Below are positions 27,734 to 38,430 of a stretch of 41,170 nucleotides of DNA, piece by piece. The DNA is taken from contig CBDETK010000001.1 in the NCBI GenBank assembly GCA_965242865.1, forward strand, positions 1 through 41,170. Reading direction: 5' to 3'. How positions within the stretch are numbered: position 1 is the stretch's first letter; each line of letters starts with the position of its first letter. Below the pieces are notes generated by a model. That model saw only the letters and a program-made list of their open reading frames with translations, made no database searches and was not told where the DNA came from. Source of the stretch: Candidatus Latescibacterota bacterium. GTDB lineage: Bacteria > Latescibacterota > UBA2968 > UBA8231. The position numbers were made by a program, and so were the translations under genes.

Positions 27734-28939
27734 ATGCAGACATTTCGCTACAGGGCGGTCAACGCGGACGGGCATGCGCTGAGCGGTTCGCTCGCCGCCG
27801 AGGACGGGCGGATGGCCGCGCGCGAATTGCGGAAGCGGGGCTTGGTAGCAACCGACATTCATGCCGAAGCACCCTCCCGCCGGAAACGGAGCGCCGGGCC
27901 GTCTTGGCGTCACCGGCGGGCCACGCTGCGGTTCACTGAAGAGGTCGCGACACTCTTACAAGCGGAGGTCCCGCTGGAACGAGCGCTGGAGACTGTCGCG
28001 GAGGTTGCCGAATCCGAGCGCGACGCCCTCGCCATTCGTGCGATCTTGCGTAACGTGCGATCAGGGGAGTCGTTCGCCGGCGCACTTGGCCTCCAACCGG
28101 ATCGCTTTTCCCGCCTCTACATCAACATGGTGCGGGCCGGCGAGGCGTCCGGAGCGCTGCCGGTCGTGATGGACCGGTTGGCTGCGTTCGAGCGCACTCG
28201 GGACGAAATGCGTAGCGAATTGTCCTCCGCGCTCGCCTATCCCGCGCTGCTGCTGGCGGTCGGCTCCGCGTCGTTGCTGGTCATGCTGTGGTACGTGGCG
28301 CCGAGCTTGACCGAGACGTTGCGCAGTTCAGGCACCGAGCCGACCCTGGCCTTGCAACTCATGCTGAGCGGCGGCGAGGCGCTACGCCGCTGGTGGCTGG
28401 TCCTGACGCTGCTACCGACAGTTGCGGCGGGCGCGCTCGTTTGGTGGGCGCGCACGGCCTCGGGTCGCCGGCGCATGGACGCGGCACTGCTCCGCGTCCC
28501 CGTGATTGGACGCCTCGTGCGGCATGCCGTCACGGCGCGCTTCGCCCGGGCGATGGCGACTCTCCTCGGCGCATCCGTGCCGATCCTTCCAGCACTCGGC
28601 ATCGCTCGAAGCGTGCTCGCGAACCGGGCGGTAGAAGCGGCATTGGAACCCGTCACGGAAGCGGTCAAGCGGGGCGAGACCGTCGCCCGATCCGTCGCTG
28701 GCACCCAAGTGTTTTCGGCCCTTGTCGGCAGGCTCCTAGCCGTGGGCGAGGAAACCGGCCACTTGGACCGCATGTTCGACCAAGTGGCGACGATTCACGA
28801 GCGCCAGACGCGCGAGGCGCTCAAGCGATTCAACGCGCTTCTCGAACCGCTCGTGATCCTGCTGCTCGGCGGCTTGATCGCCATCATGGTGTTCGGAACG
28901 CTGCTCGCGCTGTCCGGCGTCCAGCGCATGGGGTTGTGA
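27734..28939 (+). CDS. gspF: Type II secretion inner-membrane platform protein
   Basis: FRYRAV, MVRAGEASGAL, ALAYP, VGEETGHL and LLEPLVIL; three hydrophobic segments. Confidence 0.93.
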   Translation: MQTFRYRAVNADGHALSGSLAAEDGRMAARELRKRGLVATDIHAEAPSRRKRSAGPSWRHRRATLRFTEEVATLLQAEVPLERALETVAEVAESERDALAIRAILRNVRSGESFAGALGLQPDRFSRLYINMVRAGEASGALPVVMDRLAAFERTRDEMRSELSSALAYPALLLAVGSASLLVMLWYVAPSLTETLRSSGTEPTLALQLMLSGGEALRRWWLVLTLLPTVAAGALVWWARTASGRRRMDAALLRVPVIGRLVRHAVTARFARAMATLLGASVPILPALGIARSVLANRAVEAALEPVTEAVKRGETVARSVAGTQVFSALVGRLLAVGEETGHLDRMFDQVATIHERQTREALKRFNALLEPLVILLLGGLIAIMVFGTLLALSGVQRMGL

Positions 28940-29341
28940 ATGGAATCTAGGGAGCGACCCAGACCGAGCGCGGCGGGCATCACGCTGATCGAGATGCTCG
29001 TGACCGTGACGATCATCGCCTTGTTCGCGGCGGTTGCCTGGCAGCAACTCGCCCCGGTCGGGGACCAAGGCCGGCGGGCCGCGGCCCGTGCCCAGATCGA
29101 ATCGTTCATGACGGCGCTGCAACGCTTCAATCTCGACGAAGCGCGCTTTCCGGCTGCATCGGAAGGGCTCGAGGCGATCCGCCCCTACCTCGACAAGGAG
29201 ATCCCGCTCGATCCGTGGGGCAATCCCTACGTGTACCGCTTTCCCGGGGAACACGGGCCGGGACCGGAAGTCCTCTGCTTCGGGTCCGACGGTCAGCCGG
29301 GCGGCGAGGACGCCGCGGCGGACATCGTCAGCTGGCGGTGA
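28940..29341 (+). CDS. gspG: Major pseudopilin
   Basis: Prepilin site G/ITLIEML; P...GLEA, PLDPWGNPYVY and GSDGQPGG..DI motifs. Confidence 0.93.
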   Translation: MESRERPRPSAAGITLIEMLVTVTIIALFAAVAWQQLAPVGDQGRRAAARAQIESFMTALQRFNLDEARFPAASEGLEAIRPYLDKEIPLDPWGNPYVYRFPGEHGPGPEVLCFGSDGQPGGEDAAADIVSWR

Positions 29342-29353
29342 GGGCAGGCGGTC

Positions 29354-29797
29354 ATGCGCTTCAAGCGGGCCGGAGTGACCTTGCTCGAGGTCTTGGTGGC
29401 GACGACGCTGGCGGGACTCGCCCTCGCCGTAGCGTACCCGGGGTTAGACCGGGCGTTGGACGGCATTCGACTGCGCAGCGCCTCGGACGCGGCAGGAACG
29501 TTGCTGCTCCAGTCGCAACAGCACGCGGACCGGAACCGGGTAGCCGTGGCGGTACGCATCGATCCGTCGGCTGGCCTGATCCAGGCAGGCACGGGCGACG
29601 GGGCTTGGCATCGGGAACTTGAATTCCAACCGCCTGTTCGCATCGTCTTGCCCGACCGCGAACTGACGGTCGTCTTGCACCCAGGGGACATGCCCCCGAA
29701 CCTAACCGTGGCGCTTGCCGCCCGCGGGGACGGTCGGGTCGGCTTCAGCGTGGACCCGCTAGACGGCACGCTCCGGGACTTGAGGGCCGACCGATGA
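29354..29797 (+). CDS. gspH: Minor pseudopilin (GspH-like)
   Basis: G/VTLLEVL N-methylation motif; position after gspG. Confidence 0.75.
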   Translation: MRFKRAGVTLLEVLVATTLAGLALAVAYPGLDRALDGIRLRSASDAAGTLLLQSQQHADRNRVAVAVRIDPSAGLIQAGTGDGAWHRELEFQPPVRIVLPDRELTVVLHPGDMPPNLTVALAARGDGRVGFSVDPLDGTLRDLRADR

Positions 29798-30177
29798 TCC
29801 GCAAGAACGGATTCTCGTTGCTGGAAGTTGCGGTCGCCACGCTGCTGCTCGGCGTCGCCGCCGTGGGCATCCTTAGCGCGATCGGTTCGTCAGTGTCAGC
29901 GGCGGGCGCCGCGCGCGATCACGGCGAAGCCGGACTCCTCGCCAGGAGTTGCATGAACGAACTGCTCTCTCGCCGGTCTCTCGAACCCGGCGCAACTTTC
30001 AGGGGGCGGCATGGATCCGCTTCCGAATGGGAAGCGTTCGTGGAACCGCTCGATGGATTCGGTGCTGACGCGAAGGGCAACCGCCTGATGCGCGTCCGGC
30101 TGGAATGGCGGTGGCAGCGCGGGGGCGAGCGGAGATCGATTCGCCTAGAGGGCTACCGGAGGCTGCGACTGCCATGA
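29794..30177 (+). CDS. gspI: Minor pseudopilin (GspI-like)
   Basis: G/FSLLEVAVA motif; gene order; ATGA overlaps. Confidence 0.78.
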   Translation: MIRKNGFSLLEVAVATLLLGVAAVGILSAIGSSVSAAGAARDHGEAGLLARSCMNELLSRRSLEPGATFRGRHGSASEWEAFVEPLDGFGADAKGNRLMRVRLEWRWQRGGERRSIRLEGYRRLRLP

Positions 30178-30902
30178 ATCGACGCCGCGCACCCGCTTCC
30201 GGCATGGAGCGGTCAACGCGGGGCGCCACGCTCGTCGAAGCAGTGACCGCCCTGACGCTGCTGGCTCTATTGGCTACCGGTCTGGTCGCGGTGACCGGGA
30301 ACGGGTTGCGCGCTTGGGTCGAGACACGCGAAGCGCTGCGACAGGACCGGCGCCTCGGAATGGCGAGCTTGCGGCTGCACGAGGCCATCTCCTCTATCGT
30401 CCCGTTGGTCACGCCGCGACCGCGGGGAGAGTCGCCGCAACCGTTCTTTCAAGGGGAGGAGCGCACGGTGCGTTTCGTCACCGGGCATTCGCCCACGACG
30501 GGCGGGCGAGCGGGCCTGCGGTTCGTCACATTGGGGGCGATACCCGAATCGGGCGGTGTCCAGTTCGTCTTGACAGATGTCCCTTGCCCGAGTCTGCAGG
30601 AACTTGGCGCGCTTCTGGAGAGTCCCGCCTCGAACGCCGCGAGCCCCTTGGTAGGGGCGGAATCCTGGACTGTCGCGGAGGATCTGGTCGACTTTAGCCT
30701 CGAGTATTTGGAGATCCCTGCGGGGACTGACGAACCGGAACGCTGGGTGAGTCGCTGGCGCGACAAGAACAGAGTGCCTCGGGCAGTGCGCATCCGGTGG
30801 ACCTCGGGCGTGTCGAGTGCCGGATCGCGCGACGGGCAACAACGTTGGGTCACGGCATCAGTGCCTGCCGAGGCGGAAGCGCTTGGAGGGCTCGGCCGAT
30901 GA
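30174..30902 (+). CDS. gspJ: Minor pseudopilin (GspJ-like)
   Basis: RG/ATLVEAV motif, FFQG, W...W...PRAVRI; gene order. Confidence 0.78.
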   Translation: MNRRRAPASGMERSTRGATLVEAVTALTLLALLATGLVAVTGNGLRAWVETREALRQDRRLGMASLRLHEAISSIVPLVTPRPRGESPQPFFQGEERTVRFVTGHSPTTGGRAGLRFVTLGAIPESGGVQFVLTDVPCPSLQELGALLESPASNAASPLVGAESWTVAEDLVDFSLEYLEIPAGTDEPERWVSRWRDKNRVPRAVRIRWTSGVSSAGSRDGQQRWVTASVPAEAEALGGLGR

Positions 30903-31888
30903 CCCCGAGGTCGGCAGAATGCTCGGGTCGTCGATGCTCCGCACGGCGCGGTTCGGCCCTGCTCGCCGTGCTGGGCGGCGTCACGACATTGAGCTGTATC
31001 GCTCTCGCTCTCTCCTCGTCGGCTCGGACCGCCTTGGATCGCGCCGCACTGCGGGCGGACAGCGCGCAGGCGTACTTGCTGGCTCGCGGGGGCATCGAAG
31101 CGGCGCTGCACGAACTCGCGAATGGAACGGTTCGGAGAGGCTTTCTGTCGGGAAGCGTCCAGCGTGATTACAGCTTCCCGGCGGGCACCGCCGATGTGCG
31201 AATCGTAGCGGAGTCCGGAAAAATCAATGTGAACCGGTGCGGCAGGCAAGCGCTGCGAATCCTCATCGGCGGGCTGGTTTCCGCACCCGACAACGCGGGC
31301 TCTCTGGCCGACGGCATCGTGCAATACGGGCAGGGGTTGCTTGCGGGCCGCATCCGCCACTTCAATCCGTCGCAGCCCGGTTCTCCGGATTCGACCCAGC
31401 GGTCGTCTTTCGAGCGGCGATTCGCGTCTATACAAGTAGTTGAGGAACTCTTGACGGTTCCGGGCATCTCTCCAGACCTGCTTTACGGTACGTACCGACC
31501 CGTCGCGCCGGACAGCGGAAGGAAAGGGCTGCGAGAGATCGCGGGCCTGCGCCGCTACCTGCGAACGGAAGGATCCGCAAGTGTCGACATCAACGCGGCT
31601 CCCCGCGCCGTGCTCCTCGCTACCGGCCTGTCCGCGGCCCTAGCCGACGAAGTGCTCGCCGCTCGGGAGCAAGCCCCGCTTTCTCAGACCGGGGCGCTCT
31701 TCCGCCGAGCATCGCGAGCCGCCATGCACTTGCCGCTAAGCACCGGTGCCGATGCCGGAGAGTGGACGATCACGGCAACGGGGAGGGAGCTTGCGCGGCT
31801 CGCCTCGCGCACCGTCGCGGCGACGGTCGAGGCAAGCGAATCGACCGGTCGCTTGCGGGTCCGCCGCTGGTACGAGCGACCGCTCTAG
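30899..31888 (+). CDS. gspK: Minor pseudopilin GspK
   Basis: RG/SALLAVL (no Glu5), ESGKINVN, EELLTVPGI and VDINAAP motifs. Confidence 0.88.
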   Translation: MTPRSAECSGRRCSARRGSALLAVLGGVTTLSCIALALSSSARTALDRAALRADSAQAYLLARGGIEAALHELANGTVRRGFLSGSVQRDYSFPAGTADVRIVAESGKINVNRCGRQALRILIGGLVSAPDNAGSLADGIVQYGQGLLAGRIRHFNPSQPGSPDSTQRSSFERRFASIQVVEELLTVPGISPDLLYGTYRPVAPDSGRKGLREIAGLRRYLRTEGSASVDINAAPRAVLLATGLSAALADEVLAAREQAPLSQTGALFRRASRAAMHLPLSTGADAGEWTITATGRELARLASRTVAATVEASESTGRLRVRRWYERPL

Positions 31889-31893
31889 GGTCC

Positions 31894-33282
31894 GTGGATC
31901 GCACCGAACGCATGCTGGGAGGGGTTCTTGCCGGGTCGACTGGTTGCGGGATTGCCGTGCGGGGCGCGGATCTCGTCGCCGTCGCGGTGCGCGTTGAGCG
32001 CGCCGGCGTCGCCGTGCTCGGTCGGGTGCGTATTCCGGAATTCGCCGAGCGCCCTCCCCAAGAGTGGGGTCGGGAGTACCGGGGATTCCTTCTCCAGTGC
32101 GGGATCAAAAAAGGACACGCGACTCTCTGCATGCCGCGGCAAGACGTCGTCCTGCGGACTCTCGACCTGCCCCCGATGCCGACGCGAAAACTCGCGTCCT
32201 CGGTCACTCTGCAGGTGCCGGGCCTGCACCCGTTCGGAGACGAGGAAGTCCTACATGACTGGGTGTGTCCGGAGGGTCAGGTTGGCGAACTCGGGCGGCG
32301 GAAGATCCCGACGATCATTGCCCGTACCGCCACGATCAACGCCTATGAGGAGCGGTTCGCGGCGGCGGGCATCCACTTGTCCGCATGCACGGTCGCGGCT
32401 TCGGCGCTAACCGCAGCCACGCGTCTGCGCGCAACCTCGCTTTCCGAACCGATTCTGATCGCGGACATCGAGGGAGAGCAACTCGAACTGTATGGCCGAT
32501 CCGCTGGAAATCCGCTTTGGAGTGCCGCGATCGACCTCGGCGGCGTGACACTGGAAGGTGCCCTGCGCCTAGCACTCGAGGGCCTGCCGGGGCATGGCGA
32601 TCGGCCGACCGGGGTGGCATTCGCGGGAACGGAGATCCCCCCCGACCCGGTGACGGGTCTCGGCATCGTGCCGCTCCGCGACATGCTGCCCGAGCCGGTT
32701 CGCGCGGCCGAGGGGTTTGACTTGGTGCGCGACGCGGTGGCCTACGCGACAGCCATCGAGTCGGCCCGGCCCCGCGCCGGCCTGCGACTGAACTTGCTTC
32801 CTGCCCGCCGACGGACGTTCCTGTCGCTCCTCCCGTCCGGCCGCACATTGGTGCTACTGGGCCTGCTTGCACTTCTCGGCTGCGCACATCTCGCAGTCTT
32901 GGTGTTGGAAGATCGCAGCTATGCCGAGAGGCTTCGGAAAGAGGCTGCACGGCTAGAAGCGGACGCGGATACGTTCGCTCCCGACAATGCCGAGGCCGCG
33001 GATCTTCAAGTCAGTTTGGACTGGCTGCGGCATCGCCGGAATCGGGCCGCGCGCGACCTCGTCACGCTGCGCGAAATCTCCCGGATCCTTCCGCCGTCCG
33101 CATGGCTGACGGGCCTCACGCTGGACGACGCGACAGCGACCCTCACAGGGGTCGCAACGAACGCGAACCCGCTGCCGGGCATCATCGACGCCTCCTCAAC
33201 CCTCGGCACCCCGCGATTCTCCATGGCCCCCTCTAGAGGCGACCGTGGCGAGAACTTCCAAATCGAGGCAACCCGCCGATGA
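31894..33282 (+). CDS. gspL: GspL/PilN-like assembly platform protein
   Basis: Cytoplasmic domain, LNLLP motif, one TM helix and a PilN-like C-terminus (LREISRILPPSAWLT...LTG). Start GTG 31894 or ATG 31912. Confidence 0.75.
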   Translation: MDRTERMLGGVLAGSTGCGIAVRGADLVAVAVRVERAGVAVLGRVRIPEFAERPPQEWGREYRGFLLQCGIKKGHATLCMPRQDVVLRTLDLPPMPTRKLASSVTLQVPGLHPFGDEEVLHDWVCPEGQVGELGRRKIPTIIARTATINAYEERFAAAGIHLSACTVAASALTAATRLRATSLSEPILIADIEGEQLELYGRSAGNPLWSAAIDLGGVTLEGALRLALEGLPGHGDRPTGVAFAGTEIPPDPVTGLGIVPLRDMLPEPVRAAEGFDLVRDAVAYATAIESARPRAGLRLNLLPARRRTFLSLLPSGRTLVLLGLLALLGCAHLAVLVLEDRSYAERLRKEAARLEADADTFAPDNAEAADLQVSLDWLRHRRNRAARDLVTLREISRILPPSAWLTGLTLDDATATLTGVATNANPLPGIIDASSTLGTPRFSMAPSRGDRGENFQIEATRR

Positions 33283-33872
33283 GCGGCTTCAAGAATCTTT
33301 CCGAGCGAGACAAGCGAGCGCTCCGCGTCCTCGCGGTCGTCCTTGCCCTCGCCCTGCTCTGGCTGTTAGGTGGAACCCTGCCGGCATCCAGGCAGGCTGC
33401 CGCCGAGGCAAGCCTCGAAACGCTCGAGCAGCGATACCTGCTCGCTCGGCAAGTTGCGGCGCGGCAGCCCGCCCGCGAGCGCGAGTCGCGCCAGGTGACC
33501 CGCGCCATGGCGCAACTGGAAAGCGGGCTCCTGCAATCGCCATCGCCGGCACTGGCACAAGCCGAGGTGCGCACCGCGATGTCGGGCTTCTTGGAGCGGG
33601 CAGGGATCGAACTGGAACGATCGAGCTTCGCGCCGCCCGAGACGGCCGGACCGTATGACGCAGTCTCCTTGGGCGTCGAATTCAGGTGCGAGATGGAGCA
33701 ATTCGTGGACCTTCTGGCGACGCTAGCGAACGCGGAGACGCTCCTCGCTCCGCGGAATGTCGAGTTGCGGCCTGACGGTTCCGGGGCGAACTCGATTCGC
33801 GTAAGGCTCACGGTCGAAGGCTACTTGCGGAAGAGCACCGAGAACCGATTCGATGCGGAGGCCCTGCCATGA
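33279..33872 (+). CDS. gspM: GspM-like protein
   Basis: LSERDKRAL followed by a TM helix and coiled coil; gene order. Confidence 0.75.
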   Translation: MSGFKNLSERDKRALRVLAVVLALALLWLLGGTLPASRQAAAEASLETLEQRYLLARQVAARQPARERESRQVTRAMAQLESGLLQSPSPALAQAEVRTAMSGFLERAGIELERSSFAPPETAGPYDAVSLGVEFRCEMEQFVDLLATLANAETLLAPRNVELRPDGSGANSIRVRLTVEGYLRKSTENRFDAEALP

Positions 33873-34609
33873 GGCTCGCTTTCCGCTGGTGGGACATTGC
33901 CCTGCTTGCGACGTTCGTCCTGAGTTGCTGGCACCTCTGGCACTACTCCCGGGCGAAGAACGCGCGCAACGACATCTTCGACGGCGGCGCGCGGCAGGAA
34001 GAAGTTGCCGGTCTGGCGGAGTCGTCTACCCCGCCCGCGCTCCAAGCGGGGGAATTCACCGAGATTGCCGAGAGCATGCTGTTCAGGCCCGGCCGGGGCA
34101 CCGCGGTTCGAGTCTCTTCGACGCAGACCGTGCATTCGCCGATCGTCGCCCTGCCGAGGCTTTTCGGCGTCGCCGACTTGGGCGACGGACCGGCTGCCCT
34201 GCTCGCGGCGCGGCCGGGCATGCGGGCCGAGTGGGTGCGTCCGGGCCAGCCGGTCGGCGAATTCGTCCTGCGGTCAGTCAGCTCGGACGCCTTGGTGTTC
34301 CTCCGATCCGGCAGCGTCTTCACGGCCACCCCCGACGAACTGCGCAATCCAGAGCGCACGGCCACGCGAGCCGTACCGTCGAATCGCGTCAACGCGCCGT
34401 CACGGCCCGCGACTCGCATCGGCGACGAGCCCACTGCAAGTAGGCCGCCCGGAGGTGAGTATCGCGTGGGCGCGGAGTTCCGTCCGGGTCGCTTCGCCGC
34501 GGACCCGAATGACGGCGCGACGGATGGCACGACCTCCGGCGGATACGTCCGCCGGGTGCATCATTCTCCGTTCGGCGCCCAGCACTGGTGGGAAAGAGAG
34601 GAACGGTAG
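33869..34609 (+). CDS. Bitopic protein at the GspC/GspN position
   Basis: N-terminal TM, LFRP.R motif, PRLFGV...A...G..VGEF.L..V (PilP/GspC HR-like); immediately before the secretin. Confidence 0.65.
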   Translation: MRLAFRWWDIALLATFVLSCWHLWHYSRAKNARNDIFDGGARQEEVAGLAESSTPPALQAGEFTEIAESMLFRPGRGTAVRVSSTQTVHSPIVALPRLFGVADLGDGPAALLAARPGMRAEWVRPGQPVGEFVLRSVSSDALVFLRSGSVFTATPDELRNPERTATRAVPSNRVNAPSRPATRIGDEPTASRPPGGEYRVGAEFRPGRFAADPNDGATDGTTSGGYVRRVHHSPFGAQHWWEREER

Positions 34610-34615
34610 AGGGCC

Positions 34616-36586
34616 ATGACCGACACGGCATCGCAACTTGGCCGACAGGGCGGCCCGGCCACCGGTCTACGCCCTTGGCATCGTTCGTTCGGCGCGGTGG
34701 CGGGCATCGCGCTGCTGCTGGCAGGCATCACCGCCGATTCCGCGCGCGCACAAGGGCAGCCGGGGGAGGACGTGCCGGCGAACCTCTCGTTCAGCAACTT
34801 TCGCGACGCCAGCCTCTTGGATGTGGTCGATATTCTGGCGCGGCGCCTGCAACTCAATTACGTCGTCGATCCCGCGGTTCCGGACGGTTCCGTGACCGTG
34901 AATACGTACGGCCCGCTCGGAGAGGCCGATCTGCGCCCGTTGCTCGAGACCATCCTGCGGATGAACGGAGCGGCGGCCGTGCAGGTCGGGAACACGACCC
35001 GGATCGTGCGCTTGGATGATGCGCCGCGCATGCCGATCGATGCCCTCCCAGACGGGGCGGACCTGCCCGAAGACGAGCGCCTCGTGCTCAACGCGATTCG
35101 CTTGCGCCACGCATCGGCCGCCGAGCTTTCCGAGATCCTCGAGCCGTTCCTCGGCCCGGGCGGCCGCTACGCGGTGGTCGACAGCGCGAACGCTCTGCTG
35201 GTGCTGGACAACAGCCGCAACATGCAGAGGACCATGGACTTGATCGCGTTGTTCGACACGGAGGAACTGGTCGACCAAAAGATGCGACTGTTCGTGATCG
35301 AGAACAGCTTGGCCACTACCTTGGCTTCCGAGGTCGAGGAGATCTTCCAGACGATCCCGGGCGCCGCGCGTACCGACGCGATCCGGTTCCTGCCGCTTCC
35401 GCGAATCGGGGCGCTACTGGCCGTAAGCACCAGCGACAAGTACATGGAGGAAGCCGCGTCTTGGATTCAGCAACTGGACCAAGCTACCGTTTCCGGCGGC
35501 AGGCGCAATTTCGTCTACCGCGCCCAGTACGGAGAGGCAGCGAATCTGGCGGCGACAGTCCAGCAACTCTACAGCGGCGCTCCGACAGTCCTCGGGGGTG
35601 CAAGCGGCCAGGACGCGCTAGCATCCTTGAACACGGAAGCACCATTGATGGCGGAGCCGTCGCTGCGGATCGTAGCCGACACGATCAACAACCTCGTGCT
35701 GGTGCAAGCGACCAAGCAGGAATGGGAAGCTGTCCGCGGCACGCTCCTCGCGCTCGACACCGCTCCGCGACAGGTGCTCATCGACGCCAGGATTTACGAG
35801 GTGAGCCTTACCGATTCGCTCTCGAGCGGCGTGTCCGCCTACCTGCGCTCTCGATCCAAGGACCCCGCCGTGCGCAAGCTGGGCGTCGGCCTGAGGCCCA
35901 GCGGAGTGGCGAATCTCAGCATCGGCGCGCTCGTGAGCAACACGCGGGAATTGGCGATCTTCCTCGAAGGCAGCGCGGAGGAGGGCCGGACCAAGGTGAT
36001 CTCGGCGCCGTCGCTGATCGCGACGGACAACATCCCGGCCGAGATCGTGGTCGGACAGACCATTCCCACGCTGTCGTCCCAAGCCGTCGTGGGCGGCGCG
36101 TTCTCCGAGGGCTCGTCGCTCTTCACCAACACGGTGAGCAACGTGCAAACCGGCGTCCGGCTGTCCGTGACCGCGCGGGTCAACGCCTCGGGCATCGTGA
36201 CGCTGCGGATCATGCAGGAGGTCTCCACGCCCACCGGCATCACCGGCACGATCCAGTCCCCGACGATCGATCGCCGGAATGTCAGCACACAGGTAACCGT
36301 GAAGGACGGAGACACGGTCGCGATCGGCGGGATCATCCAAGAGACCAGCATTTTCAACTCAAGCCGCGTACCGATCCTCGGACGGATCCCGGTCCTGGGG
36401 AGAGCCTTCGGCAGCACGGAAGAGACTACGAGCAAGACCGAGTTGATCGTGCTGCTGGAGCCGCGCGTGATCTACGACCAGAACCAAATCGCGAGCGCCA
36501 CGGACGAACTCATGGCCCGGCTCGAGTCGCTCCGGCGGGTGGTGCGGGCCTCAGAACCGGTCGGCGAAGACGACGTAGCTGAATAG
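34616..36586 (+). CDS. gspD: Type II secretion secretin
   Basis: N-domain repeats, [48 protein letters not shown] and [12 protein letters not shown]. Confidence 0.95.
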   Translation: MTDTASQLGRQGGPATGLRPWHRSFGAVAGIALLLAGITADSARAQGQPGEDVPANLSFSNFRDASLLDVVDILARRLQLNYVVDPAVPDGSVTVNTYGPLGEADLRPLLETILRMNGAAAVQVGNTTRIVRLDDAPRMPIDALPDGADLPEDERLVLNAIRLRHASAAELSEILEPFLGPGGRYAVVDSANALLVLDNSRNMQRTMDLIALFDTEELVDQKMRLFVIENSLATTLASEVEEIFQTIPGAARTDAIRFLPLPRIGALLAVSTSDKYMEEAASWIQQLDQATVSGGRRNFVYRAQYGEAANLAATVQQLYSGAPTVLGGASGQDALASLNTEAPLMAEPSLRIVADTINNLVLVQATKQEWEAVRGTLLALDTAPRQVLIDARIYEVSLTDSLSSGVSAYLRSRSKDPAVRKLGVGLRPSGVANLSIGALVSNTRELAIFLEGSAEEGRTKVISAPSLIATDNIPAEIVVGQTIPTLSSQAVVGGAFSEGSSLFTNTVSNVQTGVRLSVTARVNASGIVTLRIMQEVSTPTGITGTIQSPTIDRRNVSTQVTVKDGDTVAIGGIIQETSIFNSSRVPILGRIPVLGRAFGSTEETTSKTELIVLLEPRVIYDQNQIASATDELMARLESLRRVVRASEPVGEDDVAE

Positions 36587-38239
36587 GAGTCCGAGCAATC
36601 CCGCTGCGACCACGTAGTACAGCATCGGGTAGATCGTGCGTCGAATCAGCAGGCCTTCGCGCCCGACCAAGCCGACAGTGGCGCTGGCGGCCACCACGTT
36701 ATGCACGGTGATCATGTTGCCGGCGGCCCCGCCCAGCGCCTGCAAGCCGAGCACGACTAGGTGCGAGACGCCGATCCGGTCGGCGACGCCGTACTGGAAG
36801 AGGCTGAACATCAAGTCGCTGACTGTGTTGGAGCCGGCCACGAAGGCGCCCAAAGCCCCGATCATCGCCGCGAAGAACGGCCATGCCGCACCCGCGACCG
36901 CGGCGGCGAACCCAGCGAGTTCCAACGGCATGCTCTGGAGTCCCGAAGCATTCGCGTCGGAATCGATAAAGACCCGCACGAGAGCCACGGCGAACAGCAG
37001 GGCGAACGCCGGCCCGGCGAGCATGCGCGCGGATGCCGACCACGCGCTACGGACCTGGCGTCCCGACATGCCGTGCAGCGCGGCGGTCGCCAGCGAGACG
37101 ATCAGGAAGATCGTGCCGGGCAAGTACAGCGGCTGGATGCCTTGGGACAGTCCCGTGCCTAGGATGTTGTCCCAGCCGACTTGAATGGATGCGAGCCAAG
37201 CCTTTAACGGCAGGGCGGGCAGGCGCGTGATCACGAGCAAGACCGCCACGAGCACGTAGGGCATCCATGCCCGGGCCAGAGGCATGGGATCGCCCTCGCT
37301 CTTGGGCTCGCCGCTGAACGTCCCGACCCACTCCGCGAGCCACGACTCGCGCGGCGGAAACTCCCACGGCTCGACACCGGAGAGCAGGAATCCGCGTTGG
37401 GCGGCCACCACGACGAGCCCCAGACCCAGCAGGCCCCCGAGCAGGGACGGAAATTCCGGCCCGAGGAAGACTGCCACCAAGATGTACGGCACCGTGAACG
37501 CCAAGCCCGCGAAGAGCGCGAACTTCCAGATGCCGAGCCCCTCGCGGAAGGACCGGTTGCTGCCGAAGAAGCGGGTCAGCATCCCGCAAATGATGAGCGG
37601 GATCAAGGTTCCGACGATGGCGTGGGGAATCGCCGCAAACACCCCGATCTGATAGATGAACTCCGAGTACTGCAACCCGGCCTGCGCGATCGCGGTCTCG
37701 ACCGTTTCGACATTCAGGGATTCCGCCATGCCGACGAGGATCGGTGTGCCCACCGCTCCGAAGGTCACCGGGGTGCTCTGGATGATCAACGTACACATGA
37801 CCGCGGCGAGCGCCGGGAATCCAAGGGCCAGCAGCAACGGGCCGGCGACGGCCGCCGGTGTGCCGAAACCCGAAGCCCCTTCGATAAAGGCGCCGAACAT
37901 CCACGCCACGATGATGAGCTGTACCCGCCGGTCGCGAGAGACGTTCATGAACCCGTGGCGGATGGACAGCGCGGCACCGCTCTCGGACAAGGTCTGGAGC
38001 AACAGGATCGCTCCGAAGATGATCCACAGTAGCGACACGGCAATGAGCACGCCGCGAATCGACGCGGCGAGCACGTGGACGACCGACACCTGCCAGAAGA
38101 ACAGCGCGAAGCAAGCGGTCATCGCGTACGCGACGGGCATGGCGCGCGTCGCGGGCCAGCGCAACGCGACGAGGAATACCATCACTGCCAGAATCGGCAG
38201 CAGGGCGATGAAGGCGTTAAGGGCGGAAACTTCGGGCAC
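36551..38239 (-). CDS. lctP: L-lactate permease
   Basis: Polytopic; [32 protein letters not shown] and GGAAGNMI motifs. Confidence 0.92.
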   Translation of the reverse strand: MPEVSALNAFIALLPILAVMVFLVALRWPATRAMPVAYAMTACFALFFWQVSVVHVLAASIRGVLIAVSLLWIIFGAILLLQTLSESGAALSIRHGFMNVSRDRRVQLIIVAWMFGAFIEGASGFGTPAAVAGPLLLALGFPALAAVMCTLIIQSTPVTFGAVGTPILVGMAESLNVETVETAIAQAGLQYSEFIYQIGVFAAIPHAIVGTLIPLIICGMLTRFFGSNRSFREGLGIWKFALFAGLAFTVPYILVAVFLGPEFPSLLGGLLGLGLVVVAAQRGFLLSGVEPWEFPPRESWLAEWVGTFSGEPKSEGDPMPLARAWMPYVLVAVLLVITRLPALPLKAWLASIQVGWDNILGTGLSQGIQPLYLPGTIFLIVSLATAALHGMSGRQVRSAWSASARMLAGPAFALLFAVALVRVFIDSDANASGLQSMPLELAGFAAAVAGAAWPFFAAMIGALGAFVAGSNTVSDLMFSLFQYGVADRIGVSHLVVLGLQALGGAAGNMITVHNVVAASATVGLVGREGLLIRRTIYPMLYYVVAAGLLGLLFSYVVFADRF

Positions 38240-38430
38240 GGGCGGATTTCAAGCCTATGAAGCCGCCCGCCTCGCTGTCAAGCGGAACGCTAGCTTGGGT
38301 AACGCCATCTACGTGCCAAGTTCGGGTCGACCTGGTTCCGATTCACCCCGCGCGGCATCTCGACGGAGTCTGGCGAGTCGGCGACACGGCCAGCCGCTGA
38401 AACGCGTCGCGGGCGCCATCGGACAGAGCT

